IMG/VR virus record: IMGVR_UViG_3300027736_001324
Location: 62,001-126,000 of that record
Reading direction: 5' to 3' (one strand)
DNA: 64,000 bases
The translations under genes were made by a program, and so were the position numbers. The notes below the pieces were generated by a model, which saw only the letters and a list, made by a program, of their open reading frames with translations, had not been told where the DNA came from and did no database searches. Positions 31,109 to 40,650 of the stretch are shown in pieces. The stretch's first letter is position 1. Each line of letters begins with the position of its first letter.

Positions 31109-32586
31109 ACTATATAGGTATAAGTGCCGGTTTTCATGACGCTGCAATCAGCGTAGTTGATGACCATGGCAACATCTTGTTTGCTGGACATAGTGAACGC
31201 TATAGTAAGAATAAGCATGACAAAGATGTATGTGAAGAATTATTAACGGATGCATTAAAGCACACTAATTCATCATACTTAGAGTATCATTACTATGAAC
31301 GCCCGTGGTTAAAGTCATTACGTCAATTACGCACTGGTGAAGGCTTTACTTGGCCGTCATGGGAAAAGATATTAGGTAGTACATATCATCAGATGGGTAC
31401 ACCTAAAATACATACACATAGTCATCATCTATGTCATGCGGCTGCAGGATTTCAAACAAGTCCATTTGAAGATGCCACTGTTGTTGTGATTGATGCTATA
31501 GGAGAATTTGATACTATCACTATCTGGGATGCTTGGTACGATTTCTCAACGGGCAAAGCACAATACAAAAAACTATGGAGTCTTAAATATCCAGATAGCA
31601 TTGGATTATTCTATTCAGCAATGACTGAACGAGTTGGACTACGCCCATTAGATGAAGAATACATTCTAATGGGTATGGCTGCGTACGGAGAACCTAATCA
31701 TGTTGCTGATATGATTAATGAGTTAGTAGATAAAAAAGATATATTAACCTTCAAGCAAAATCTACACACTGGGGTTAGTAAAGATTTCTTAAAAGATGCT
31801 GATCCATTGGACATTGCTAGCAGTAGTCAACACTTAGTTGAGTACATGATTACTAGAGTAATGAGTAAAGCTAGAACATTGGGTCGTAGTAGAAATCTAG
31901 TATACGGCGGCGGGGTAGCATTGAATTGTTTAGCGAACAGACTATTAGGGAACTTCTATGAAAATATTTGGATTATGCCTAACCCTGGCGATGCGGGTAA
32001 TAGTCTCGGTGCAGCATGTCTTGGGCACAGTCGTAAAACTAATTGGACTGATGCTTTTCTTGGTCATAACATTCCTGGTAAGTATCCTGTTAACGGTTTA
32101 CTTGATGTGTTACTTACTGATAGGATTGTTGGTGTCGCTTCAGGACGAGCAGAGTTCGGCCCGAGAGCATTGGGAAATAGAAGTCTACTCGCAGACCCAA
32201 GAGGCGATGAAATTAAAGATAAAGTAAATGAGATTAAACGTAGACAAAAGTTTAGACCATTTGCTCCTGTCATATTAGAAGAATATGCTCATCAGTATTT
32301 TGAAATGCCTAAGCACTGGCATGATAGTAGATATATGCAGGTTATTAGTAAATGTAAATATCCTGAGAAATTCCCTGCTATTGCACATCACGATTGGACT
32401 AGTAGAGTACAAACTGTACCAAAAGATGGGTCTGGCATCAGAGAGTTATTAGAAAAATGGTATGTAATGACCGAATGCCCAATGTTATTGAACACAAGTT
32501 TAAACATACGTGGCGAGCCAATGGTCAACGACCATAGTGATGCTGATAGGTTTGAAAAACTATATGGAGTTAAGGTTTTGTCATAA
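31105..32586 (+). CDS. O-carbamoyltransferase (NodU/CmcH family)
   Basis: 'HDAA', 'ER...KH', 'HHLCHAA', 'GGVALNC', 'EFGPRALGNRS', 'RPFAP', 'LNTSLN.RGEP'. Confidence 0.92.
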   Translation: MNYIGISAGFHDAAISVVDDHGNILFAGHSERYSKNKHDKDVCEELLTDALKHTNSSYLEYHYYERPWLKSLRQLRTGEGFTWPSWEKILGSTYHQMGTPKIHTHSHHLCHAAAGFQTSPFEDATVVVIDAIGEFDTITIWDAWYDFSTGKAQYKKLWSLKYPDSIGLFYSAMTERVGLRPLDEEYILMGMAAYGEPNHVADMINELVDKKDILTFKQNLHTGVSKDFLKDADPLDIASSSQHLVEYMITRVMSKARTLGRSRNLVYGGGVALNCLANRLLGNFYENIWIMPNPGDAGNSLGAACLGHSRKTNWTDAFLGHNIPGKYPVNGLLDVLLTDRIVGVASGRAEFGPRALGNRSLLADPRGDEIKDKVNEIKRRQKFRPFAPVILEEYAHQYFEMPKHWHDSRYMQVISKCKYPEKFPAIAHHDWTSRVQTVPKDGSGIRELLEKWYVMTECPMLLNTSLNIRGEPMVNDHSDADRFEKLYGVKVLS

Positions 32587-32594
32587 GTAATTAA

Positions 32595-35500
32595 ATGCTA
32601 AGAGATGTATTTTATTACGGCGCCAAACCCAACGTTCACCCAAGAGAAAAATTTGCAACTTCACTAGAAGATGCTAGACAACAATCTACCACAGAACATT
32701 TTTGGATAATAAACGAATATTGTGATTATCGTAATTTTGATTGGGACTTTGATTTTGAATTTCTACCCGACGAAGATGTATGGGCAGAAGAACATAACAA
32801 CGTATGGCCTAGTATACATCAAAAAGATAGCGGCACATGGCTATGCACATCAAACCCAACCGAGATAATTATATATCGGGCTGACGTTGAACCAGTAAAA
32901 CGTAAAAACGAAACACACAAAAATTGGGTACTACTAGATTTAGTAGATGAAACTAAATTTGATTTTAGTTGGCATCCAGACCCAACTGACCCTCCCTATA
33001 TCTATACATGGGGATGTAAATATTTCCCAGTAGAATTGCAAGCCTGCTTAGAATATCATGTTCCGGGTGCAACAACCGTGAAGTACATGGATAGTATTGT
33101 AGAGTTGTTGCCACATACAGATCGATGGGTTGAAGTACAGAATATTGACAAATCATTATTTGATATGTCATGGAGACCTAGTCCATTGGATCCTCCTATG
33201 AATTATGTTTGGGGTAACAAACACATTGATGGCAAATTGAAATCTACACTAGAGTATCATATGCCCGGTGCGACTGATACAAAGTATATGTCTTATCCTT
33301 TGCCAGTATTACCTGAGTGGGATAGATGGCAAATCCATGACGAGATAGATAAAACTAGTTTTGATTTTAGTTGGAGACCAGATCCAAGAGAGCCGGCTTA
33401 TATATACCAATGGGGTAATAAACATTATAGTAGTGAATTATCTCCTACTATTTCCTATACTGCCCCGGGAGCAACTGAAGTTAAACATATGTCACAAGAT
33501 GTTAATCTAGCAGTAAGTAAAAATTGGGTTTTCTATCACGCAGTAAATAAAACTAAATTTGATTTGACATGGAGACCTGATCCAACTAGCCCACCTTATA
33601 TCTATGCATGGGGAAATAAATATGATCCAGCAGAAGTTAAACCTACGCTAGAATATATTGTACCCGGGGCAACCGAATACAAGTATATGGACGTTGTTGA
33701 TTTAGAGCCAGAATGGGATAGATGGAAAGAACATATTTTTGTTGATCATTCTAAATTTGATTTTAGTTGGAGACCAGATCCTAATCTACATGAGCCACCT
33801 TATATCTATGTGTGGGGCAACAAGTATGATCCGGCAGAAGTTAAGCCTACGCTAGAATATCATGTGCCCGGAGCAACTGAATATAAGTATATGAACATTG
33901 TTGATTTAGAGCCAGAATGGGATAGATGGCAAGAAATTCAACCAGTAGATAAAAGTAAGTTTGATTTTAGTTGGAGACCTGATCCTAACTTACACGAACC
34001 ACCTTATATCTATGTGTGGGGTAATAAACATATATCAGCAGAACTTAAATCAACAATAGAATATCATGTGCCGGGCGCTACAGAACGCAAGTACATGAGT
34101 CAGTTAGTAGAAGTGTTGCCTGAATTCAATCGGTGGAAAGAAATACAATCTATTGATAGAAACAAGTTTGATTTAACATGGAGACCAGATCCAAGAGAAC
34201 CAGCATATATTTATGTATGGGGAAATAAACATATACCGGGTGAACTGAAATCAACAATAGAATATCAATGTGACGGGGCTACTGAATATAAGTATATGGA
34301 TGAACTTGTTGAAGTATTACCTGAACAAGAACACTGGAAAGTTACGCAAGAAGTAAAAAACTTTGACTTTACCTGGAGACCTGATCCACGTGAACCTGCA
34401 TACATTTACACTTGGGGTAATAAACATATAGCAGCAGAACTTAAACCCACAATAGAGTATTATTGTGAGGGTGCAACAGAACACAAGTATATGGGTGAAG
34501 TTGATGTTGTTCCTGAAATGGATCGTTGGAATATTGTACAAGAAATTTCTAACACATTTGATTTGTCATGGAGACCTGACCCACGTGAACCTGCATATAT
34601 CTATACATGGGGTAACAAATATATACCCGGAGATATAAAACCTACACTTGAATATCATTGTGAGGGTGCTACCGAACGAAAGTATATGGGTGATGTTGAT
34701 GTATTGCCTGAGTTAGACAAGTGGAAAGAAATTCAATCAATAGATAAAACTAAGTTTGATATGTCGTGGAGACCAGACCCGCGTGAACCGGCATACATTT
34801 ACGTGTGGGGTAATAAACACGTTGAAGCTGAATTAAAGTCAACTATTGAATATCATTGTCCTGATGCAACCGAACGCAAGTACATGGGTGATGTTGAAGT
34901 ATTACCTGAATTAGATAAATGGAATATTGTACAACAAGTAGAAAACTTTGATTTTACATGGAGACCAGATCCAAGAGAACCTGCATATATCTACACATGG
35001 GGTAACAAGCATGTTAGTGCTGAATTGAAACCGACACTTGAATATCATTGTCCTGATGCAACTGAACGAAAATACATGGGTGATGTTGAAGTGTTACCGG
35101 AGTTTGACAAATGGAAAGAAATACAGCCAATAGATAACACTAAGTTTGATATGTCGTGGAGACCTGATCCACGTGAACCTGCATATATTTACACATGGGG
35201 TAATAAACATGTTAGTGCTGAGTTTAAGCCAACACTTGAATATTATTGTGAAGGTGCAACAGAGCGCAAGTACATGGGTGATGTTGAAGTTTTACCTGAG
35301 TTTGACAAATGGAATATTGTACAACAAGTAGAAAACTTTGATTTTACATGGAGACCAGATCCAAGAGAACCTGCATATATTTATGTATGGGGTAACAAAT
35401 GGATACAAGGAGATTTAAAATCTACACTTGAGTATCACTGTGAAGGGGCAACTGAATTCAAGTATATGAAAGAATTATTAGATGTTGCACCAATACACGA

Positions 35501-38500
35501 CCACTGGAACATTATACAAAAAGTAGAAAACTTTGATTTTAGTTGGAGACCTGATCCACGTGAACCTGCATATATTTATATATGGGGTAATAAACATATA
35601 GCAGGTGAATTAAAACCAACACTTGAATTTCATTGCCAAGGTGCTATTGAACGTAAATTTATGGGTACTGCTGAAGTAGCACCAGAATGGGATAGATATC
35701 AAATATTAATACCAGTAGATAAAACTAGCTTTGACTTCACGTGGAGACCAGATCCCAGAGAACCTGAATTTATATATGTATGGGGTAATCAATCTAACAT
35801 TGCAGAAAAAGAACCTACTATTGAATATCATTGTCCTGGCGCTACTGAACGAAAATACATGAATGACAATGTGGCTAAGACATTACCTGTAGTTGAAAAT
35901 TGGAAGATATTAATTTCAGTAGAAAACTTTGATTTTAGTTGGAGACCTGATCCTAATAGCCCTCCCTACATCTATATATTTGGTAATCAATGGCATGATG
36001 CTATGACAGAGCCTACATTAGAATATCATGTAGAGGGCGCTGCCGAAAAGAAATATGTCACAGAGATTGTTCCTACTGCAACAAAGACTCAGGAGTATTG
36101 GAAAACTCTTATTCCAATCGAATCATTTGATTATAGCTGGAGACCCAATCCACATTCAACCCCTTACATATATGTATTTGGTAATCAATGGCATGATAGC
36201 ATAACTGAACCCACAATAGAATATCATTGTCCTGGCGCAACGGATAAGAAATACATTACTGATGTAATTGCATTAGCCAAATCAACAGCAACAGACAATC
36301 ATTGGAAACGATTAATACCGATTGAATCATTTGATTATAGCTGGAGACCTGATCCTAATAGTCCTCCTTATATCTATGTGTTTGGTAATAAATGGAACGA
36401 TGCTGCAACTGAACCATCGGTTGAATATTATGTTGACGGCGCAACTGAACACAAATATGTATCTGACCCTGTTGCTATTCCTAAAGCAGAGATACAATAC
36501 TGGGCTATCAATAATAATGATGACTTAGAAACATTTGATTTTACATGGAGACCCAATCCACATAGTCCATCACAAATATATCAATGGCAAGATAATGGAC
36601 CAAGGTATACGGTTCCTGGCGCAACAGATGTGGTGTTAATGGAACACACTGGAAAGACAAAGAAAGTAATCGTTAATCGTTACAAGATTAAAACAACATT
36701 GGAAGATTTAATTAACGAACATCCGGAAGAAGTATTCTGGGCTATCAACCCTGATTTGAATTATGATAAGTTTGACTTTAGTTGGCGACCCAACGAAGAA
36801 AACTTTAGACATATAAATGTATTTGGCAATGAGTATAGCAAAAATACACAAACGTATTATATTAATAGTCCAATGTATATGCTTGGAAACAAAGAATATA
36901 ATTATGTAGAGGATCAATCAGTGCAGGTTGATAGTAATCTAAGTATGTTCTTTATTGATAAAAGTAATAAGGAAAGTACAAGTAGATTTAATGAATTAAA
37001 ATTACGCTATCCACAATTACAAAAGACAAGATATCTTAATAGTTGGGTAGATACAATCAATCGTTGTATTACTAAATCAGAAACTAAATTGTTCTGGGTA
37101 CTGAATAGTGAATTAGATTATAGTGAGTTTGATTTTGACTTCTATCCTAGCCCATGGCAAATGAATATGATACATGTGTTTGGAACACAATGGAGTCATT
37201 GGGGTAACACCTACATGGTTAATAAAGAAACCTTTGCAGAAGATACAAAGTATGTAAAGATTATTGAACATCTATCTAACTTGAATTTTGTAAAACAAAG
37301 AAAAGCAAAAGCAACAAATGTATTGTATGACATTGTTTATATTGACCATGGTAATAAAGATTTGTCTGATATTAATAACTTAATCATCAAGTATGAAAAG
37401 AGTTATTTGACTACTTTTAGAAACATGTTAGATAAACTTTCAGTAAAGAAAGAACATTATGTTTGGGTAGCTAGTACTATATGTGATTACACAAACTTTG
37501 ACTTTACCTATATATGTGATCCGTTTGCCAAAGAGCAATTACATGTATTTCCAAGTGATAAGCAGAAGTTTGGTGATACGTTTTTAATTGATGTGAATAG
37601 ATTACGTGAATTAGTAGATGATATGACTACATTGGAAGACTACAATAAGATTAACTTTAATCAAAGTCAAAGAGTAAAAAGATTAGAAGCACCTGTGATT
37701 ATTACTGAGGAAGATACTCATGTATCTAGTATTAACACGGAGTTTGATTTTCCGTATGCTGTATTCACCACAGTTGATAATAAAGACATTAAAGTATTGG
37801 ATAATGAACCAATGAACATATGGAGTTATGAGACTAAAAATATCATAATAACCAGTGAAGGTGGAACAAGAATTATTGTTCCCAAAGAAGCAAGAAAATA
37901 TATTAAAAACGAATTATATGATTATCCATATATAATGCCCAATGACAAATTAGCAAAGTCTAATCCGTTGGACATTGTTTTCTTTAGTAACGGTGAAGCC
38001 TGTGCTGAGGCAAATTATAAACATTTGCTTAAACTAACTGAAAAGCTACCCAACAATGTATTAAGAATTGACGGTATAAATGGTCGTGTAAAAAGCCAAC
38101 ATGCTGCTGCTGAAAGTAGTGCTACCCCATGGTACTTCTTAGTCAATGCTAAACTGAAAGTAGATTCAAAGTTTAATTTTAATTGGCAACCGGACAGATT
38201 GCAGATACCTAAGCATTATATTTTCCATGCCACCAACCCTGTAAACGGATTAGTATATGGTCACCAAGCTATCGTTGCTAACAACAAGAAACTTACCTTA
38301 GCAAACTTTGGAACTGGATTAGACTTTACTATGGACAGTGAGCATGAAGTTGTTGCTATTAATAGCGGCATTGGTATGTATAATAGTAGTGAGTGGGATA
38401 CATGGCGTACTGCATTCCGCGAATGTATTAAACTTAAATTATCCAAAACTATGGAAAATAAAGAACGTCTAGATGTATGGTTAAACGTTGGCCTTGGTGA

Positions 38501-38639
38501 GTTTGCCCAATATAGTATACAAGGTGCCAAAGATGCAGTAGAATACTATTATGAAGTTGAAAGTGACTTTAAAAAATTGCGTTTAAGTTATGATTGGGAT
38601 TGGTTAAGAACATTCTATGAGACTAAATACAAACTATGA
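32595..38639 (+). CDS. 2014-aa protein with ~19 tandem ~65-aa W-R-P-D-P repeats and terminal GT-like domains
   Basis: Repeat unit FD(F/L/M)(S/T)WRPDPREPAYIY.WGNK....KPT(L/I)EYH..GATE.KYM; the C-terminal domain resembles ORF 16029-16979. Confidence 0.8.
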   Translation: MLRDVFYYGAKPNVHPREKFATSLEDARQQSTTEHFWIINEYCDYRNFDWDFDFEFLPDEDVWAEEHNNVWPSIHQKDSGTWLCTSNPTEIIIYRADVEPVKRKNETHKNWVLLDLVDETKFDFSWHPDPTDPPYIYTWGCKYFPVELQACLEYHVPGATTVKYMDSIVELLPHTDRWVEVQNIDKSLFDMSWRPSPLDPPMNYVWGNKHIDGKLKSTLEYHMPGATDTKYMSYPLPVLPEWDRWQIHDEIDKTSFDFSWRPDPREPAYIYQWGNKHYSSELSPTISYTAPGATEVKHMSQDVNLAVSKNWVFYHAVNKTKFDLTWRPDPTSPPYIYAWGNKYDPAEVKPTLEYIVPGATEYKYMDVVDLEPEWDRWKEHIFVDHSKFDFSWRPDPNLHEPPYIYVWGNKYDPAEVKPTLEYHVPGATEYKYMNIVDLEPEWDRWQEIQPVDKSKFDFSWRPDPNLHEPPYIYVWGNKHISAELKSTIEYHVPGATERKYMSQLVEVLPEFNRWKEIQSIDRNKFDLTWRPDPREPAYIYVWGNKHIPGELKSTIEYQCDGATEYKYMDELVEVLPEQEHWKVTQEVKNFDFTWRPDPREPAYIYTWGNKHIAAELKPTIEYYCEGATEHKYMGEVDVVPEMDRWNIVQEISNTFDLSWRPDPREPAYIYTWGNKYIPGDIKPTLEYHCEGATERKYMGDVDVLPELDKWKEIQSIDKTKFDMSWRPDPREPAYIYVWGNKHVEAELKSTIEYHCPDATERKYMGDVEVLPELDKWNIVQQVENFDFTWRPDPREPAYIYTWGNKHVSAELKPTLEYHCPDATERKYMGDVEVLPEFDKWKEIQPIDNTKFDMSWRPDPREPAYIYTWGNKHVSAEFKPTLEYYCEGATERKYMGDVEVLPEFDKWNIVQQVENFDFTWRPDPREPAYIYVWGNKWIQGDLKSTLEYHCEGATEFKYMKELLDVAPIHDHWNIIQKVENFDFSWRPDPREPAYIYIWGNKHIAGELKPTLEFHCQGAIERKFMGTAEVAPEWDRYQILIPVDKTSFDFTWRPDPREPEFIYVWGNQSNIAEKEPTIEYHCPGATERKYMNDNVAKTLPVVENWKILISVENFDFSWRPDPNSPPYIYIFGNQWHDAMTEPTLEYHVEGAAEKKYVTEIVPTATKTQEYWKTLIPIESFDYSWRPNPHSTPYIYVFGNQWHDSITEPTIEYHCPGATDKKYITDVIALAKSTATDNHWKRLIPIESFDYSWRPDPNSPPYIYVFGNKWNDAATEPSVEYYVDGATEHKYVSDPVAIPKAEIQYWAINNNDDLETFDFTWRPNPHSPSQIYQWQDNGPRYTVPGATDVVLMEHTGKTKKVIVNRYKIKTTLEDLINEHPEEVFWAINPDLNYDKFDFSWRPNEENFRHINVFGNEYSKNTQTYYINSPMYMLGNKEYNYVEDQSVQVDSNLSMFFIDKSNKESTSRFNELKLRYPQLQKTRYLNSWVDTINRCITKSETKLFWVLNSELDYSEFDFDFYPSPWQMNMIHVFGTQWSHWGNTYMVNKETFAEDTKYVKIIEHLSNLNFVKQRKAKATNVLYDIVYIDHGNKDLSDINNLIIKYEKSYLTTFRNMLDKLSVKKEHYVWVASTICDYTNFDFTYICDPFAKEQLHVFPSDKQKFGDTFLIDVNRLRELVDDMTTLEDYNKINFNQSQRVKRLEAPVIITEEDTHVSSINTEFDFPYAVFTTVDNKDIKVLDNEPMNIWSYETKNIIITSEGGTRIIVPKEARKYIKNELYDYPYIMPNDKLAKSNPLDIVFFSNGEACAEANYKHLLKLTEKLPNNVLRIDGINGRVKSQHAAAESSATPWYFLVNAKLKVDSKFNFNWQPDRLQIPKHYIFHATNPVNGLVYGHQAIVANNKKLTLANFGTGLDFTMDSEHEVVAINSGIGMYNSSEWDTWRTAFRECIKLKLSKTMENKERLDVWLNVGLGEFAQYSIQGAKDAVEYYYEVESDFKKLRLSYDWDWLRTFYETKYKL
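32960..36620 (+). repeat. Intragenic tandem repeat array, period ~190-205 bp
   Basis: 'tggagacc' anchors recur about every 195 bp; 34917-34990 and 35307-35380 are identical over 74 bp. Confidence 0.9.
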
Positions 38640-38827
38640 TAGTTAAACTCGCAAACAAAATTGGGCAAGCACATGCCAAGTTCTTTATGTGGTTGGGTCA
38701 CAAAGCCGAAACTAACCCATGGTGGGCAGTCGCATTAACTGTTTGGGCATTATATGAAATTGGCGAGCATATTGCTGGTCCAGTTATGGCAATCATGTAT
38801 GCTACCGGACATCTTGTTGTCCAATAA
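38636..38827 (+). CDS. Small membrane protein
   Basis: Hydrophobic 63 aa; ATGA-coupled to the upstream gene. Confidence 0.55.
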   Translation: MIVKLANKIGQAHAKFFMWLGHKAETNPWWAVALTVWALYEIGEHIAGPVMAIMYATGHLVVQ

Positions 38828-38877
38828 TGTCAACTAAATACATATCTAGCACGTTATATATGTATAGGAGATAAAAT

Positions 38878-39204
38878 ATGAAAAAATTACTTTTGGTTGC
38901 TTTAACATTAATGGTCAGTAATATGGCTTTTGCTCAAGATTGCCGTTGGGGATTAGATCATCGTCATCACAATTGTGGACCTCGTTGGGAACCTCGCACA
39001 GTTATTGTTGAACGTAATGATTGGATAGCCCCATTAATCATCGGCGGAATTGCAGGAGCAGTTATTGCTAATCAAAATCAACAGCAACCAGTTGTTCAAC
39101 AACCGCAGACGGTAATAGTTCAGACTCAAAATGTGTGTACAGCATGGAAAGAGATTCAACAACCAGATGGTCAAATTTACCGTGAGCGTACCTGTACAAA
39201 ATAA
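38878..39204 (+). CDS. Secreted protein with glycine-zipper-like segment
   Basis: Signal peptide 'MKKLLLVAL...AFA'; 'APLIIGGIAGAVIA'; AGGAG RBS. Confidence 0.7.
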   Translation: MKKLLLVALTLMVSNMAFAQDCRWGLDHRHHNCGPRWEPRTVIVERNDWIAPLIIGGIAGAVIANQNQQQPVVQQPQTVIVQTQNVCTAWKEIQQPDGQIYRERTCTK

Positions 39205-39350
39205 TGTATCGTTATAAAGTTTGGGTTAGGTTAAATCAATATCAGACGGCTGATGTAACAATCAATGCTGATAATGATTTACAAGCCAAGATGTTAGCAG
39301 AATCTATATATGGTCAGGGCATGGTACTAAACTATACTCGCATTGACTAA
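39204..39350 (+). CDS. Small 48-aa hypothetical protein (MYRYKVWVRL...)
   Basis: TAATG coupling with the upstream gene; fills the gap. Confidence 0.6.
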   Translation: MYRYKVWVRLNQYQTADVTINADNDLQAKMLAESIYGQGMVLNYTRID

Positions 39351-39360
39351 AGGAGAACTT

Positions 39361-39507
39361 ATGTTTATTGGGTTAATGGGTGTTGATAATGATGGCAAAA
39401 CCATGTATACTCCAAATGGTAATAAGATATGGTTCACATTGCCATGGGGACTAGCGTGGAAATTACAAGAGATACAACATTGGATCGCTAAGAAAACTTG
39501 GCGATAA
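39361..39507 (+). CDS. Small 48-aa hypothetical protein (MFIGLMGVD...)
   Basis: Strong AAGGAG RBS. Confidence 0.6.
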   Translation: MFIGLMGVDNDGKTMYTPNGNKIWFTLPWGLAWKLQEIQHWIAKKTWR

Positions 39508-39514
39508 ATAGTAG

Positions 39515-39818
39515 TTATTGCTGTATGAAGCAAAGAGAAAAGTGTTCTGGACGCGGGTTCGACTCCCGCCAGGTCCACCATAAACATAATGTCTACTGGT
39601 GAATGAGATAACAATGCTCATAATAAAAGTCCAAACAGTATGTTTATGATGGGCCTGACATTGGTTTCGACAGGGCAACAAGTAAATGAGTGGACAGCAC
39701 AAGAGCAACCTTGTAAAAAGAAGAAAAACCGTAAACGCAAACGACGAATTGTTCGCATTAGCAGCCTAAACGCTGCTTAGGGTTTCGGTAGGTTTCCTCG
39801 TAACAGAATAACCTACCA
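39515..39818 (+). ncRNA. ssrA: Circularly permuted (two-piece) tmRNA: acceptor piece ~39515-39580, intervening segment 39581-39650, coding piece from 39651, tag ANDELFALAA (39737-39769)
   Basis: The T-arm and CAGGTCC-ACCA end lie upstream of the 5' end GGGCCTG...TTCGAC. The acceptor stem pairs with a G3-U70 alanine determinant. The tag ORF is gca aac gac gaa ttg ttc gca tta gca gcc taa. Confidence 0.92.
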
Positions 39819-39832
39819 TTAAGTTAATACGT

Positions 39833-40504
39833 ATGAACAAAGAAATTATTTACGATAGTCCATTGATTATAAAATATCACAATTTTTTAACTTATGATGA
39901 GTGTAAATCCATAATAGATGCAATTGATGCAAAAGAATATGATAAAGCAACCGTATATTCCGTACCGGCTAGAGATTATTATAAGTCTGAGGGTAGAACT
40001 AATTCGACCTATGTAGACCGTACTAAAAAATTATTGCAACTAGAGATAAAAATTACTGATTTTTTTAATACTGAATTAAATGCAATCAATGGTAAAAATA
40101 CTCAGTATAATCCGGAAACACCACTTGCAATACAAAAATATGGAGTTGGCGAACAATACAAGGTACATGTAGATTATTTTAATAACACAGAAAAAGTTCA
40201 TAATAATGATAGACTTGCAACCTGCATTTTATACCTTAATGATGATTTTGAAGGTGGACACACATTTTTTAAACAGCTTAATATTAGTATTAAACCTAAG
40301 TCAGGAATGATATTATTTTTTAAGTATGATAGTAAATATTCACACGAAAATTATAAAACGATACATGCAGGTTTGCCAGTGGAGTCAGGAACCAAGTATA
40401 TTATATCAGCGTTCATGCGTGAAGGAAGTATACCGGACTGGAAACCCACTGCATCGGATAAAATAATTAAATTAAATCATGTTTACCCACATATAACTGC
40501 ATAA
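39833..40504 (+). CDS. 2OG-Fe(II) oxygenase, prolyl 4-hydroxylase-like
   Basis: 'HVD' (HxD), 'R.AT..LYLND.FEGG.T.F', 'HAGLPV..G.K'. Confidence 0.85.
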   Translation: MNKEIIYDSPLIIKYHNFLTYDECKSIIDAIDAKEYDKATVYSVPARDYYKSEGRTNSTYVDRTKKLLQLEIKITDFFNTELNAINGKNTQYNPETPLAIQKYGVGEQYKVHVDYFNNTEKVHNNDRLATCILYLNDDFEGGHTFFKQLNISIKPKSGMILFFKYDSKYSHENYKTIHAGLPVESGTKYIISAFMREGSIPDWKPTASDKIIKLNHVYPHITA

Positions 40505-40650
40505 ATATAATTTTCCTTTATCAACTAGCATACATTACGCAAACAGTATACTTACTTTGCGAGAATACATAATTTATTTGACTGTATTTCTACTACTAAA
40601 TATTAGTCTAGCCTGAGTAATATCAGGTTTTTATTTAAAGGAAATTTAAT

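Noticed and set aside
32960-36620. Regularly spaced repeats as a CRISPR array or DGR
   Set aside because: The repeats are in-frame coding units with synonymous variation. There are no unique spacers, and no cas or reverse transcriptase gene in the window.
39545-39580. Apparent tRNA 3' half (T-arm plus CCA)
   Set aside because: There is no D-arm or anticodon arm upstream. Its acceptor partner lies downstream at 39651, so it is part of the permuted tmRNA.
39327-39708. Minus-strand track ORFs 39327-39614 and 39463-39708
   Set aside because: Antisense shadows of the tmRNA and of small + strand ORFs that have good RBSs.
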